Of a stretch of 64,000 bases of DNA, positions 20,805 to 34,480 are shown one piece after another. Source of the DNA: Blepharisma stoltei ATCC 30299 (taxonomy: Eukaryota; Protista; Ciliophora); contig CBFDEM010000040.1 in assembly GCA_965603825.1 (NCBI GenBank), positions 186,001-250,000 on the forward strand, read 5' to 3'. Both the position numbers and the translations under genes were made by a program. Below the pieces are notes generated by a model. The model did no database searches. It saw only the letters and a list, made by a program, of their open reading frames with translations, and was not told the origin of the DNA. Within the stretch, counting starts at the first letter, position 1; every line of letters starts with the position of its first letter.

Positions 20805-23800
20805 TTACTTATAGTATTTTTTCCTTATCATTTCAATATCAAGCTCAGCTGCTTTAGGTTTCATATTTAAGTTGCTCAAAGACTCATAAGCACTCATAGA
20901 GATGCTATCATAGTCTGAATCTGGGCTCATTAGGTTGTGAAATCTCTTTCTCGGAGACTTTTTAGCACTTTGAGAAGGATTTTTTAATCTCTGTAAATAA
21001 ATTGCTTCTATATTTTTTAAGCTTTCTTGAGACTGCATTCGGCTATTTTTGCTTCTTTTTGAAAGGTTATTCTCTGGGGAGCTCGTAATTGAGGTATTTC
21101 TGCTTCCTTTTTTCTTGCTTCTGTGTCTTCTTTTGGTCACTGAGGTATATGCCCTGGAGTTTTGCTGTTCTTCTTCGTCACTTCCATACTCAAGCTTGTT
21201 AAATTTCAATAGAGTTCTGGTCGCCATGCTATTAGTACTTGAGACGTTACTTCTTGGGACATTTTCAAAAAGCTTTTCTTCTTCAAATGGTATGACTACT
21301 TCTTTAACTAGCTCTTGCCCTGTAGCTTCTGGCTCAAACCCTACCTCTTCAATGATGTTTTCTTGGAATTTGGGCTCTTCCTGTGACTCTTCAACAGGGG
21401 GCGGTAAAAATTCAATAACCCCTTTTCTAGATGATGAATGAAACAGCTCTTCTGTAGGGTTAGAAGGCGGCGTCGGCAAAATACTAGAAATCTGTGAATC
21501 ATTATACGAAGGGATCACATACAAATCCAATTCTTCTCTGTTATTAAAAAATGCAGTCTGTTCTGGCTCGAATACAAATGACTTTATTTCGTTATCAGTC
21601 AAAATATCAAGAATCATGCCCCCTACAAAGTTTCTTTTCGCCCTGATATTTTGGCCATTATAATTAATCCACGCATAATGTACATCATCTTTGTCGACCA
21701 TCACATAATTCGGGTCATAGTTTCCAATGATTTCTGGCGCGTTATTTTCTGTATCAATTCTTTGACTGCCATTAAAAACTTTTAGTATCCTGAATTTAAA
21801 TCCAGTGACATTATGAGTCGCAATGACACATTCAGGGTCTTGAGGGTCCACAAAGGCATTGGCGAAGTCAAAATCAGACTCTTTAGAGACCACTCTGCCT
21901 ATCATTCAGCGGCCGCCAACACGAAGTTCGACGTCAACTATTCTTGATCCTGCAAAATTTCTTCGTACCCTGATAAGAGTGTCTGAGTTAGTTCTTCGAA
22001 GTATGGCATAATGGGAATCGTATTCATCGATTTCGTGGATTTCGTACATGCTGGTGTCAAGGATGGTGCCGTCTTCGACTTCTCCTCCTTTGAATTCTTG
22101 CTTCACGAGGACTTTGAGGCCAGATGGTCTGTGTTGGACTCTTATACACTCTGGGTCGTACTCGTCAACTTCGGCGTCTGATAATAAAAGAAGTGACTCT
22201 TCAGGGATTATTTCCAGCAGCTGAGGCTCGTTTTCTTCATCGATAAATTCACGGGAGGAGTCATCAAGCTCAAAGTTCATATGGAGAGTGATGGTTTTGT
22301 TGAAATCTGGCTCACTTAAAGAGGAGTCAGGCTCTTTTGGCTTGATTTCGTGTGACTCTTCAGGGGGTATGTTGTCGAGTCCTTCGCCATTGTCGACTAG
22401 AATGAATTCTTTTTTAGTTGAGTTTTTGCTGCCTTGATCTATAACTAAAATATTGTTTTCATTAGAAAAAAGAACGATTGAGCTGCCTTCAGTTTCTCTT
22501 CGGTCTTCTTCTGTATAAAATGGCTCAGTAATAATCTTTTCTTTTACTCTCATTCTTGTAATAGTTTCTTCAATTTCCATAACATCAGTCACAACTTTTT
22601 CTTCAGCAATAAATGAATTTTTCTTCTTTTCAATTTTTATTATATCTATCATCTCCTTTTCCTCAATGCAAAACTTCTCTAAAACTTTTTCAACTGCTTG
22701 TAAATCCACTAAAAACTTCTCTTCCAGCCCAAATATTTTAATTTCAGCATAATCTTCTACATCTTCATTCATAATAAAATCTTCCCCTGGGATTGGCATA
22801 AAAATAAAATTTTCTTCTGCGACTTCATTAATATCACTACTGTCCTGATTTAGCATATCTTTTTCAGTAGCATCTAGCTCATTATTAGCTATATGCTCTT
22901 CACTTGATTCTTGATGGTTAAACAAGCTGAAATTAAGCCCGTTCATTTCTTCCTCAATTTCACTATTCTTTTCCCATAAGTTTTCTTCTTGGTCTAAAAG
23001 TTTAACCGGTGTAAAACTTTCACTTTCAGGCTCAATTGGGACTGCTGTCTGGCCTTTTGCAGGGGTTTCGTATTCTCAGTAGTCCATTGGAGCCCTTGAA
23101 GTGTCTCCATTTGTAGTAGTTTCACAATCAAGTGATTTAATCGCTTCTTTACAGTGGCAAATGCTGAAATTTTCGACTTCAAGTTCTTCTGTATATGGTG
23201 TGGTAATCCCAGCCATCAAATCTACATTTACATTCTTGTTTTTCCTTTCCCCTCTTATTTCTCTATGCATAAAAATCAAATCAAACACATGTAGTAGTGC
23301 CACACTTGCTGTAATAATTAAAGTATCTAAGGCTTGCAAAAATACTACATTTCCTGTAGAAAATGTTGACATTAGATATACAGCTACACATAAAATTGGA
23401 ATCGTGACAACTCCTAAGCTTACATAGGTCATAATTAAAATCGGCTTATAAATGTTCGTTTTCTTATCAAGCCTTGCAGAGCATGCAGAAAGTCCACAAA
23501 AGCTTGAAATAAAAAACCTGATAAATTTAAAAGAGATGACGCTGCTTAAAAATAGGTATAAAGCATTTGCATAAGGGTGCATTTTTATTCATTGTTTTAA
23601 CGCTGAGTCTTTTTTTATAATCACATAGTAAACAGTAAATGTAAAAGCAATATTCCCTACAAAGTGGCAAAATAAGATAAAGATCAAGAAGCTGAACCCG
23701 ATTTCTATTTCATAGTCATCAGAAGAGTCAATTAAGAATCTTCTACGCTTGTCTGTAGAATTGTTATAGATCTCGTCGCCGTGGGTGCTATTTGCATTGC

Positions 23801-26800
23801 CTACACCTGTTGTAAGACGAATCCAAGAGGCTGCTTCTATGATGCCTAGTAAACCGATGCTGGCTCCCATCCCACTTGTGGCTGGAGAAACCATTTTTGT
23901 GACTCCTATTACTCCAGCACTAGCAGCGCCAGAAATACTAGCAGGTAAAGGGTTTTGAGAAATCGGAAGGGTTGTGGAATAATTTAAATTGGTTAAATAA
24001 ACAACTCCTGTTATACACATTCCGTTGTCGTAATTGCAATCTGTTTTGTTGCAGACTAGATCACAAACACCATTGTCTAGTAACATTGAGTTACAGCCTG
24101 GTGAGCACTCAGAGACACAGGCACCATTTTTACTTGTATAGCCACTAGGACATTTATCAACACAAAGGCCATTAAAAGCTAGCAGACTGTTGCTGCACAA
24201 AGTGCAGTAATCGTAATAGGTTTCACAGGTTAAGCAGCTAGACTTGCAAGCAATGCAATTGCTGCCTGAAACTACAGTAGTATTTTCTGGGCATGAATCT
24301 ACACAGGCATTTGAGTAAAGATAAATCCCTGTGCTACAGCTTGTGCAGTTGTTAACTGATTCGCTGCAAGTCAAGCATGAGGAATCGCATTTATTGCATT
24401 TCCCGCTAAGCTCAATTGTTCCATCAGGGCATACATCATAGCATTTATTATTGTACAATATTTGTTCTGAGACACAAGAGCTGCATTTATCAATAGTATC
24501 TACACAAGTTTTGCAAGAGGTTTTGCAGGCGACACACTGACTGCCAGATATAACTGTAATTCCGCTTGGACAGCTGCTAAGGCATGTGCCCATATAAAGA
24601 TAGCTTCCATTAGGACAGGAATCACAATAGCTATTAATTTCGCTACAAACTATGCATGTTTTATTGTCACTCGACTTATAATACCCGACATTGCATTCGT
24701 CATGACATCCTCCATTCCAGCAGTATGGCAAAGATGAATCAGGGAAGCAGCTTAGACAAGTATAGGGGGTAGTTTCACAGGTAGCACATGGAGAATAGCA
24801 GGAAAATGAGACAACTTGGGAGGAGTCTGACTCTATGCTATAGCCGTCTGAAGTGGAGGTAGATATTGCAAATGCTGAAGATGAGGAGGCTAATTGGTAA
24901 TTTTTTATGTTTTGGATGTCAAAGGATAAGGTAGCCGCGCTGAAGTCTTGGGAAAATAAATAGAGATTAATAGTGTTTTGGCCTTTATTTACACAGTTCA
25001 CATAAACATTTGAGTAATAACACTTCATAGTAGAGGTGATAGAGAGCTGGGAAGGAAGGACTACTTTGATATAGCCTCCTGCTGGGATTGTATAGGTTGT
25101 AGTAATTTTAAAAGTGTAGGTGGTTACTTGGTTAATGCCTGAATCAGCAGAAGATATAGAAACAGAGCTTAATTGAAAAGGAGTTGTCGCTTGCACGGTA
25201 ACTCCTGTAGAAAGAGAATCAATTGAATAAATATCGTCCATTGTTGTTACAGTAAATGAGCCTGAAGGCTTCGTTGTCTTTGGATTTTGCACATTGTTCA
25301 ATATGAAGCTAAAGGTAGATCCTGTATATGCTGTGTTCAATGATATCACTGCTTTTAATTTCGAGCCTTCTAAACTGCACACAATCCCTTGAATTACATT
25401 TCCTACTGAGCAAGAAGGGGAAGAAGGTATAGTGATTTCACTAGGAGGTGTCACCATAATGATCCCATTATTATAAAACTGATTGAAAGGCTTCAAGGTA
25501 AAGGTAAAACTTGCATAAGCACCAACCAAGCTGTTTGATGTGGCTACTGAACCGGATTCTAAAGCGTGAGGAGTATCAGATGTGATAGTAATACCTGTTA
25601 TCAAGCTATCAATTAAATAGCTTCCACTATAAGTATGCACTTTAAAAGTTCCTGATGTTTTTGTGGTTGATGGATTCATAATACCAGTTACATTGAACCC
25701 AAAAGATCCTGGGCTAAAATTTTTTGATTTAAAGCCATCTATGATTTTAATAGAACTTGTAGTCAGTTGGCAGCTAAAAGTAGACTCAAGGTTAATTGGG
25801 CCTGTGCATTGGTTATTTATGTTTGTGACTAAAATTTCAGAAGGAAGTGATATTAAAGCGTAGCCGCCAGCTGGGATCGTGTTTGAAGTGGAAATTATAA
25901 AGGTGTACTGCACTGATTCACCTGTAATTAAATTGGCAGGAAATATTTGGACGCTTTGCAAAGTCCCTGATATAGGCTCTATAATGATACTGCTATCTGA
26001 GCCAATCACATATTGGAAACTGTTATCCTTATAAGTTTCTACCAAAAAGGTGCTAGTTGTAGCAGGCAGCATAGGATTTATTACATCTTGTATTTGGAAA
26101 CTGATTAATCCAGAGGTATACCCAGATGGAAAACACTCAGTCACGTATATATATCTTCCATTAGCAGCTTGACATTTAGAATTCTTGCTCATTACACTAG
26201 AAGATTCTATATAAGAGCAAGTCTTAGCAGAAGAAGTCGTTACTGACATCTCTTCTGGCAACGTAATTTTGATTCCAGCACCAGAAGGCATAGGGTCTGA
26301 GGAGTAAAAACTAAAGCTATACGTTGTGTCAGCGTTTATTGTATAGGATTGTGGGGTTATTGACACACTTGTTAAAGTTCCTGGCGTCGCAGTTACTGAA
26401 AGCAAAGAGTTATTAGAAGCTGAACAAACCCCAGCACCAGAGCTTGTAGTTACTGAGATTATTATAGGAGAGGTTGGCTTTGTAGAGCTGGGATTAAGGA
26501 CATTGCTGACTGAGAAAATGATAGAGTAATCTGCTGATAAATAGCTTGGAAATCCATTGTTTATAGTAATTGTATTGCTGGAGATTGAATAAGTCATTTG
26601 TGAAGAAATGCCTCAAATACTTATAACAGAAGTAGTGATTGCAGCGTTAACAGTAAGATCTGAAGGGAATTGAACGCTTAATATAGAACTCTGAGGGATT
26701 GGTAAGCTGCAACTAAAAGTGAAAGTATATTTTGTTTCGTTATTAATCATTGTTGGAGAATCAATTTCCAAAGACTCAATATCAAGGGGCTGAGGTGTAA

Positions 26801-27647
26801 AATTTTGGGCAGAAATCGAAATCATATCAGACTTGTCAATTACCCCTAAGCTCCCATAAGTAGTAATATAAAATCCCGACACACTTGCAGCGCTATATGG
26901 GTTTCTAACAGAAGTCACATTAAAACTCGTAGACCCAGGACTAATTGCGCTTGAAAGAGTGACTATGAGCGTATTCGAGCTACAGGTGCAATAAGGGGTA
27001 GCTTCAATATTTTTTATCCCATTACAAGTTTGAACCCCATCACAATAATTCATTGTTGTCGAAATTCCAATTCCACTGCTTCAAGATGGGAAAGTAACGC
27101 TAATATATTCTTTATTTGCAATTTGATAATTTGTGACGAAATTCACAGTCCATGTCGAATAGTCTCCTGTTACTTGAGTTCCAGTAACTAAGCTTGCACT
27201 CTTCATTACTCCATTGCTGAAGGTTATTTGAAAGCCTGTTGTCACATCATCTAAAGAATTTCCTGAGGTATCATAAGTAAATATCTGAAAAGAAGATGAT
27301 GTTGCAGCATATTCTGGGTTATTAATGTTTTGCAAAGTAATATACACATAACCAGTTTGGGGAAAGCAGTTTTCAATTTTTAAATTATTTCCATTAAAAG
27401 TACATGTTGAGGTGCAGCCCGTTTGCAAGCCAGTTATTGAGCATGTAGCACTTCCACTAGCCAAAGTAGTATAGAGAGATGGAAACACAATTTTAATATA
27501 GCCACCTGATGGTATTGTAGTTATAGCATTTATGTTGATGTAGTAGCTAGTAGAAGTTCTGATATCCAGTGATGTTGCACTAATTGAGACAGGGTTCAAA
27601 GTCGCTGCCCATACAGTGGCAATGATATGGAAAATTAAAAATTTCAT
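20805..27647 (-). CDS. Giant cell-surface multi-pass membrane protein (2280 aa): signal peptide, 7 beta-sandwich-like repeats, furin-like Cys-rich repeats, LNR/Notch-like module, about 6 TM segments, long acidic tail
   Basis: Six standard-code ORFs are in one frame, separated only by TGA (27081, 26613, 23589, 23076, 21906); the linkers contain no TAA/TAG. Confidence 0.82.
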
Positions 27648-27681
27648 TTATGAAATTATAAAGTTACTCTAAAACTCTTAT

Positions 27682-29331
27682 TTATCTATCATCACTTTTT
27701 CTTAGGTCTCCTAATAGATCTGTTTTTTCTTCTTCTTTCCCTTCTTCTGCAATTTCTCTCGCTATTTGATAGACATCTGCATTTTCTTCTTTTAATTTTT
27801 CTTCCAATTTTTGTTGAGCTTTAAGTTGCTCTTCCAAAGCATGTGGATGAATAAGTCTTGGTTTTAAGTGCTTGTCATCAATTTCTACCCATTTCCTATG
27901 CAGCCAAGACTTTGGCTTCGCTAAATCCTCTTGTGTAACGACAAAGTTATCCCTTTTAACTGCCAGCAAAGTTCTCCTGACATCATCTTCATCTACCACC
28001 TTAGATGTTTCTTCTTCAGGCTTAATGATCTTCACCCAGATCGGCAGAATGCTCCCAATTACCAGTGTAGTCACAATAACAATCCCTAGCACTGTTACAT
28101 GTAAAATGTTTTTATCATCTTCGCTTCCAGTCTCATCTTTGCCTACAGTCAAAATCAAGGCAAACGCAATCGCTCCTCTAATGGCACCTCCTATCCAAAA
28201 GAGTGATAACGAACGGTTATTAAGCGAAAAATTCTTTGTGTGTCGGCGTGCGAAGTAGCTGAGCCCAAACGTCGTGATAAATCTAGCAAACATCAGTGAA
28301 AAAACCATACAAAGGATATAAGAATAAGAAATATCTTGGTTCGTATAGGTAACTGAAGTAAGGCCTAAATAAGCGAAAACTGTAGCAGTCGCCCCGTCCC
28401 CGAAAAATTTAAAGCTATTAGATACAACAATTCTTGCATGGGATGTCAAGTTGTACCAGGCATAATGGTTAGAAAAGATCCCGCAGATCAAAATTGTAAT
28501 GACACCAGATACTTGGCACATTTCAGCGATTACATATCCAAGCCAGGCAATATAAAACATAAGCGCTAGCTGCTTACTTTCTTCCTCCCTCAGCTCCCAC
28601 AAGTACCTAGTAGCAAATGAGCAGAAAATTCCAAAAGCAATCCCAAAAATCACCCCAAGGAAAGTTTCTATGCAAAAGATCCCTACAAAGGAGAAAAAGT
28701 TCCCTGCAGTCCAAGTCTGGAAACCAGCTTCTTTTACTGATCTCACAAGCAAAATGGCAATAGCATCGTTCACTATATGCTCACCGAAGACTAAAGAGTG
28801 CAACTGTGGGGTTTTGTTCTCTTGGACTAGACTTAGCACGCAAATTGCATCAGATGCAGACAAGACAGCGCCTAAATATAAGCTTTCTTCGAAGGAGATG
28901 TACTCAGTTTTGCCTCCATCTGTATACATTGCTCCCCAGTTGCTGAGAAGATTAGAGAATCATGAGATGAGCACAAAGTTGAGGATTGTTCCTATGACGC
29001 CGTAGAGGATGATTTGTGAGATGTTTCTGAAAATTCTTCGTCTTTTGAGGTTGAAGCCGTAGGAGAGGATGATGAAGGGAAGCATAAAATTGAAAAAGAT
29101 TGAAGCATCAAACTTGGCAGGTTCTTCCCAGGCCTATATAAAGAATACGAAATATAATATTATTCCTATGATGATTCCAATAATGATTATGATTCCTGAT
29201 TCATGGATATATCGAACCTAAATAGCGGCTACTTTTCATATGTTCAAATATACTGTAAGGTGCATAAATAGAGTCACGAGTATAAGGCAGAAAAACACCT
29301 CTACGCTTAAAATTGATTCTTCTTCGCTCAT
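27682..29331 (-). CDS. Na+/H+ exchanger (CPA1, NHX/NHE)
   Basis: ATG 29331; introns 29218-29232 and 29134-29148; motifs YIHESG, FFNFMLPFII..GFNLK, SASDAICVL, LVFGEHIVNDA, GAIRGAIAFAL. Confidence 0.92.
29134..29148 (-). other. 15-nt intron GTATTCTTTATATAG
   Basis: In-frame TAG inside the NHE reading frame. Confidence 0.85.
29218..29232 (-). other. 15-nt intron GTAGCCGCTATTTAG
   Basis: In-frame TAG inside the NHE reading frame; A at position 10. Confidence 0.82.
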
Positions 29332-29692
29332 CTAATATTTACCATTTCTTTTTAAAACCTGTTTAAATATAGCCTGATATATGAGTTATTTTTACTGGGA
29401 ATTGGGTTATTAATCGAAAGAGATTTAATTGACTAATAAACAAGTATTATACAATTAAGCTTAATGTTTGATGCAAAATTGGTTAGAATTCTTTATTAAA
29501 AACAGAACACTTATATTATATTAGAAGTAAATATTATCAGCCTAATTCAACATATGCTGCTCTGGATTTTTGCTGTTATTAATAAAATATAATCTCAAAG
29601 AAATTTGAAGTATAGCGAAAAGGGGCAGAAATATTGTCAAATTACTCACACAATAATTTATAAGTACTAATAATTTTTCCTTTTATTATCTA

Positions 29693-31627
29693 TTACTCTG
29701 CTTTAATCAATGAATAAATCGTCCTTGTGAAAATAAAAGTAGCAAAGAACCCAATCGTCCCAGTAACCAACGAATACGCCACGCTACACAGGAGCATGTA
29801 CCCAAAGTAAAGAACAGTTGAGGAGAACATATCAATGCTCAGCTGTGTAAGATAATACACGACTGCATATCCAAACATATAAATCCCTGAACTCCCAGCC
29901 ACACTGAAAGACAGTCACCACCATCGATAGTCTTCTCTACATAAAGAAATATAAACCATCAGTATTGAGACCTCAGCTGAAGTTATCACTAGCACAATAA
30001 AGCATAAAAACAAGAACCCGAAAAGATAGTAAAATAATGTGTGGTGCCATAAGCTTTTCATCACATAGTCGAGCTCTATAAACATGCAGCCAAAAGGCAA
30101 GGACCCAGCCATCAGGCATATTGCTTTGATTTTGGAGGTCCCTGGCATCATTTCGAGAGGCTTTGGGATTTTGTTGATTTTGCAAGGGACTTCAATGGTA
30201 GGCTTTCTATAGCCAAGGGAGTTGCCGAAAAATACGAGAGGGACTGATATGCCGAACCATAGCAGCAAGAGCTCTACTAATGAGCTAAAAGGCACAGAGC
30301 CTGAAGAGCCTGCACCCCAAAGGCAAGAGTTTATGATAAAGAACACAAAGAAGCAGAGCCCTGGGAATAAAAATGCTGTAGCTAGAGCATTCCGCTTCCA
30401 GTAATCCCCTCCAAAGAACTTGTAAAGCCTTGCAGAAGTATACCCAGAAAAGACTCCCATAAATACATAAAAAATCAGGGCAGTCGTGATCAATCCTCCT
30501 CTGTGTGCTGGAGACAAAAATCCAATACTTGCAAAAAATAAGGAGAGAACCGCCATTCCAATAACTTGTACCCCAGATCCAATTATGACTGAGAAAATGC
30601 CAGCATAAACAGGTGGCCTAAACACGTCTCCTCTTATTTGTTTCCAGCCTGTTTCGCTTTCTTCGTCTAGATCAACACTTTCATTATAAGTGTTTATGTC
30701 TCTTCTTACTGTTCTTCCTAAAATATGTGCGACCATTCCAGATAAGAAAAGAACCATTGCGAAAGAATTGATGATTGACAGCCAATGCACTTCAGCACTT
30801 TCTCCACTTCTATATAAATAATGGTCCCATCTTGAAGCCCATTTCACATTGCTTATTTCGAAAATTACACTGTAGGTATAAGTGATGTTTCTTTCTAAAT
30901 GTTGTGGGTTAACACCATATATTTTATTCATATGAGTTGATTCAATTTTTTCTTGCGGCTTTAATATAGCTTCAGCCCAAGTTAAATTTGCAAATTCTAG
31001 CTCAAGAAAGGCTTTTGAGTTGCAGCCCAATGTATGATTCCCATTATCCATACTGATAGGCTCCACTAAAAAACCCACAATTCTCCACGTGTCCACTTCT
31101 CCGCTTAGAGTCGGATATACCTGAATTACAATGTGATGGTGATTATAAATGAAATAATTCTTGCCTTCTTTATAGCCGATCGGAAACCCATCTTGGTAAT
31201 AGGAAACTTTTGTGCCTTCATTTCCGTTGACTATGGTTTGTCTCAAGCCTGACGGCAAGTTATCCATAACCCAAGATGCTTTGTATTGGTTTTCTATCAT
31301 CCATTCGAACCTTTTCAAGTGCTGGTTTTTGTTTTCCATTGTACAGAGGGGTTTGCATTGAATTTCTTTGTTCATTTTGATCTCGTAAGGTGAAGTTTCT
31401 ATTTTATCCCCGCTCAGGGTCTGGCCTAAATTTTCATCCTTTAGTTTAACATGTTCGGGCCTGCAGAAATTTAAGTAATATGTGTCAAATGGAAGTTCTG
31501 TCGTTGCAGAGTCAAGCTTGTCAAAATAAAGGTCAATGTTTTCATCTTGCTTGTAGTCTTTTGGTGCTACTCCTGGCAGATAAAACGCTGACGAAAAAGA
31601 TACAAGACAAAAAATCCACATCATCAT
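29693..31627 (-). CDS. TM9SF: Transmembrane 9 superfamily (nonaspanin/EMP70) protein, paralogue 1
   Basis: FYLPGVAP, ENLGQTLSGD, WASRWDHY, VHWLSIINS, GWKQIRGDVFRPP, EDYRWWW(TGA 29915), YSLIKAE. Confidence 0.95.
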
Positions 31628-31912
31628 TTATATATATCATGGAATATGCTGTCTATATATCGATCATTATAAATGCGTTAAATATTCAACAAATGGCATA
31701 GTAGAGAATTATAATTTGGAGGATAAAATGAATTAATTATCTAGAAGCAATAAAAGAACTGATAAAAATATTTTTTAAAGAAATTTAAATTAAGTAAGGA
31801 ACAATCGGATTAATTTTCTTAGGAAAGAATGCTGATTATATTTTTCAAAAAACTAAACAAATTTCTGGAAAGCACAAAAAATGGGGAATTTATTATGTCT
31901 AATTTAATTTCA

Positions 31913-34270
31913 TTAATTGCCTTTAGAACGCTTTTCTAATGCTTCTAGCATTTTTCGTCTTTTTTCTTCAGCTTCTCTTGGGTTTGGAGGGATAATCTCT
32001 GGGATTTCTTCAGGAACTACTGGGGGTTGAGGAGCAATAATAGGGAGCTCTTGAACTGGAGGGTTTTCGAGTTCTTCTCTTTGCCTTTTCTCAATTGCTT
32101 CGATCATTGCCCTTCTCCTTTCTTCTGCTGACACCTGTTGTACTTCTGGCTGCATTTCATCGATTTCCATGTCGCTTCCTTCTTCGTGTGCATCAAGTTG
32201 AGGGTCTCCAAACTGATCTATGTCCATTTGAGCCACTGCTTTGCTTTCTTCTTGGTTTATTTTCTTGAGCTCTTCTTGCTTATATCTAAAAATTGTCTCC
32301 CTTGCTTTGTATTCTGGGAATTCTCTATCATGTTCGCTTTTTAATTCTTCTTCGCTTACCCTTTCTAGCAGCAAATCTCTGAGCCCTGTCAAATTCCTTT
32401 GATTGCAATAATTTATTAATTCTTGCATTTCTTCAATGGAAATATTTTGTTTTGAGTTGATGATTCCACTGTATAGCCATTCTATCAGGATTTTTAGCTC
32501 ATTATAGTTTAGCTGACTTCTATACTCACTTGTATAGTCAACTTCAAAGCCTAAAGTATTAAAAGGAATATGGGACTCTATCAAAGTTTTGTGAGCTCTA
32601 ATAATTTTATCATCTCGAGACCATATATTCAAATCACTTCAGGATTCTGAAGTAGAAGCGCTCAACAAGTCATACGCTAAATTTTCAAACCTTACAACAG
32701 CTCCACAATGAGTGCTGCCACAACTAATAGATTCTACATGAATTCCAGTCAGCCCTTTAACTGAAGTCCATTCATTTCTATTAGTAAAATCACCAACACC
32801 TAGCTGTCCTTGTTTATTTTCTCCTTTTGCCAAAATATTCCCATTTTGTAATAAAATCAAGCTAAAAGTTCCTCCGCAGCCAATATTGATGATCCCTGTA
32901 AAGCTTTCTTTAATGATGTTTGGGTTGGCGTTATCTCTATTTGGCTCTGGTATATAAAACAGTTCCCCAAATGATGTTAGCACATAAGTAAATTCTCCTC
33001 CACAAGATACAATTCTTGGAGAATTATTGTGGTCATCAAACATAGGGACTCTGGTAGGCAGAGGGTTTCCACTTCCCCATTTCATTATTCTTGGAATGGC
33101 GTCTGAGACTGCAACTGTATGCCAAGTCCCACAAAAGACTTCTTTGATTTTGTGGTTTTCTGGTAAAATCACGATTGTTGGAGAAAGACGGTCAGCTAAA
33201 TCTCGAGTTCCGAGCTGTCCAGCATTGTTTCGGCCCCAAATGCAGACTTCTCCGGTATCTTTGATGCAAGCTGAATGCTGCCCACCGGCGGCTATATCAA
33301 TAACTTTGAGTAGCTGAAGTTCTTCTATGATTTTAGGGTAAAATTCATTTCTTTTTTCTCCGTGGCCAAGCTGTCCTTGCATTCCATCACCCCAGCTTCA
33401 TACTTGTCCTAAATTGTCTAAGGCAAGTGTATGTCCACTTCCTGCAGAAACCTTAGAAAACTTGATATGCTTGACAGGATCCAGCAAGCTTGGAATTGTC
33501 TTATTTCCGTACTTTACTTGGTTTTCTTCATTTGTAGGGTACAAATACCTTCCCCAAGTATATATATTCCCATATGAACTGAGACCGACAGTATGATGAG
33601 CTCCACATGAAATGGATGCCATTTTGATACCGGCTAGAGCTCTTACATTGTGAGGGGAATGTGAAAGCTGGATTTCTCCAAGTCCTAGCTGACCAGTTCC
33701 TCCATTTCCCCAACAAAACACAGTCGATATTTGCTCTTCATTTGTCTCTATATGCACTTCAGGGTATTCTTCAGATTTCTGATGCTTCATGATAGGGGGT
33801 GGCGGATTTTGCTTTTCAACTGGCTTATTTTCAGTAGGTTTCTCCTGATAATAAATATATTTTTCTTCAATTTCAAACATTTTCTTATTTCTCTCAATAT
33901 AGTCTATTGCTTTCTGCACAGCTCCATATCCGCTCCCAACATTAGCTAATGCTCTTGTCGCAATATCATATGGATATCCCATGCTTACCAGAATATCCAG
34001 CGGAGTGCTTTCCATCACTGCTGGCTGTTCTTCTCTTTTCTTTTCTTCTTTTTCCTTCACCAAAAGAACTTTTGCTCCACTTTTAAGCCCTTGCTCTGCC
34101 AAATATTTATCTTTAGATATGATTCTGCCTCTAAACATAAGTTTAAATGAAGACTCTCCGGTTAATTCTGTAATTAACGAATACAATTTTTCTCCTAAGA
34201 GAGTAAGATCGCAGTCAAGATTGAAAGCTTCGATCTGCATCCCAACAGGGCTGATGGTGAGTGTTTGCAT
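31913..34270 (-). CDS. UBL-UBA-RCC1 repeat-BTB-like protein with two C-terminal VIM-like helices
   Basis: Three ORFs joined at TGA 33398 (GQV-W-SWGDG) and 32639. UBL FKLMFRGRII..LAEQGLKSGAKVLLV; UBA LVSMGY..ATRAL..AIDYI; RCC1 repeats WG.G..GQLG and SCGAHH; BTB-like SDLNI..IRAHKTLI..LIEWLYSG. Confidence 0.8.
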
Positions 34271-34480
34271 TTAATAATTTTAAATCAGAAATAATAAGGG
34301 TTATTGGAGGAGAAGGAATATACTGATATTTCTAGTTAAGATTTAAAATTAATTTGGATACAGCAGCTTATTCTTATTTAATTATTTTTATTCGTTATTT
34401 AGTATATAATAAAATTTAGATAACACAATATGTCATATATTATAGCTGGCATAATTTTAAAAAAGCTTAGTTTAAATTGG

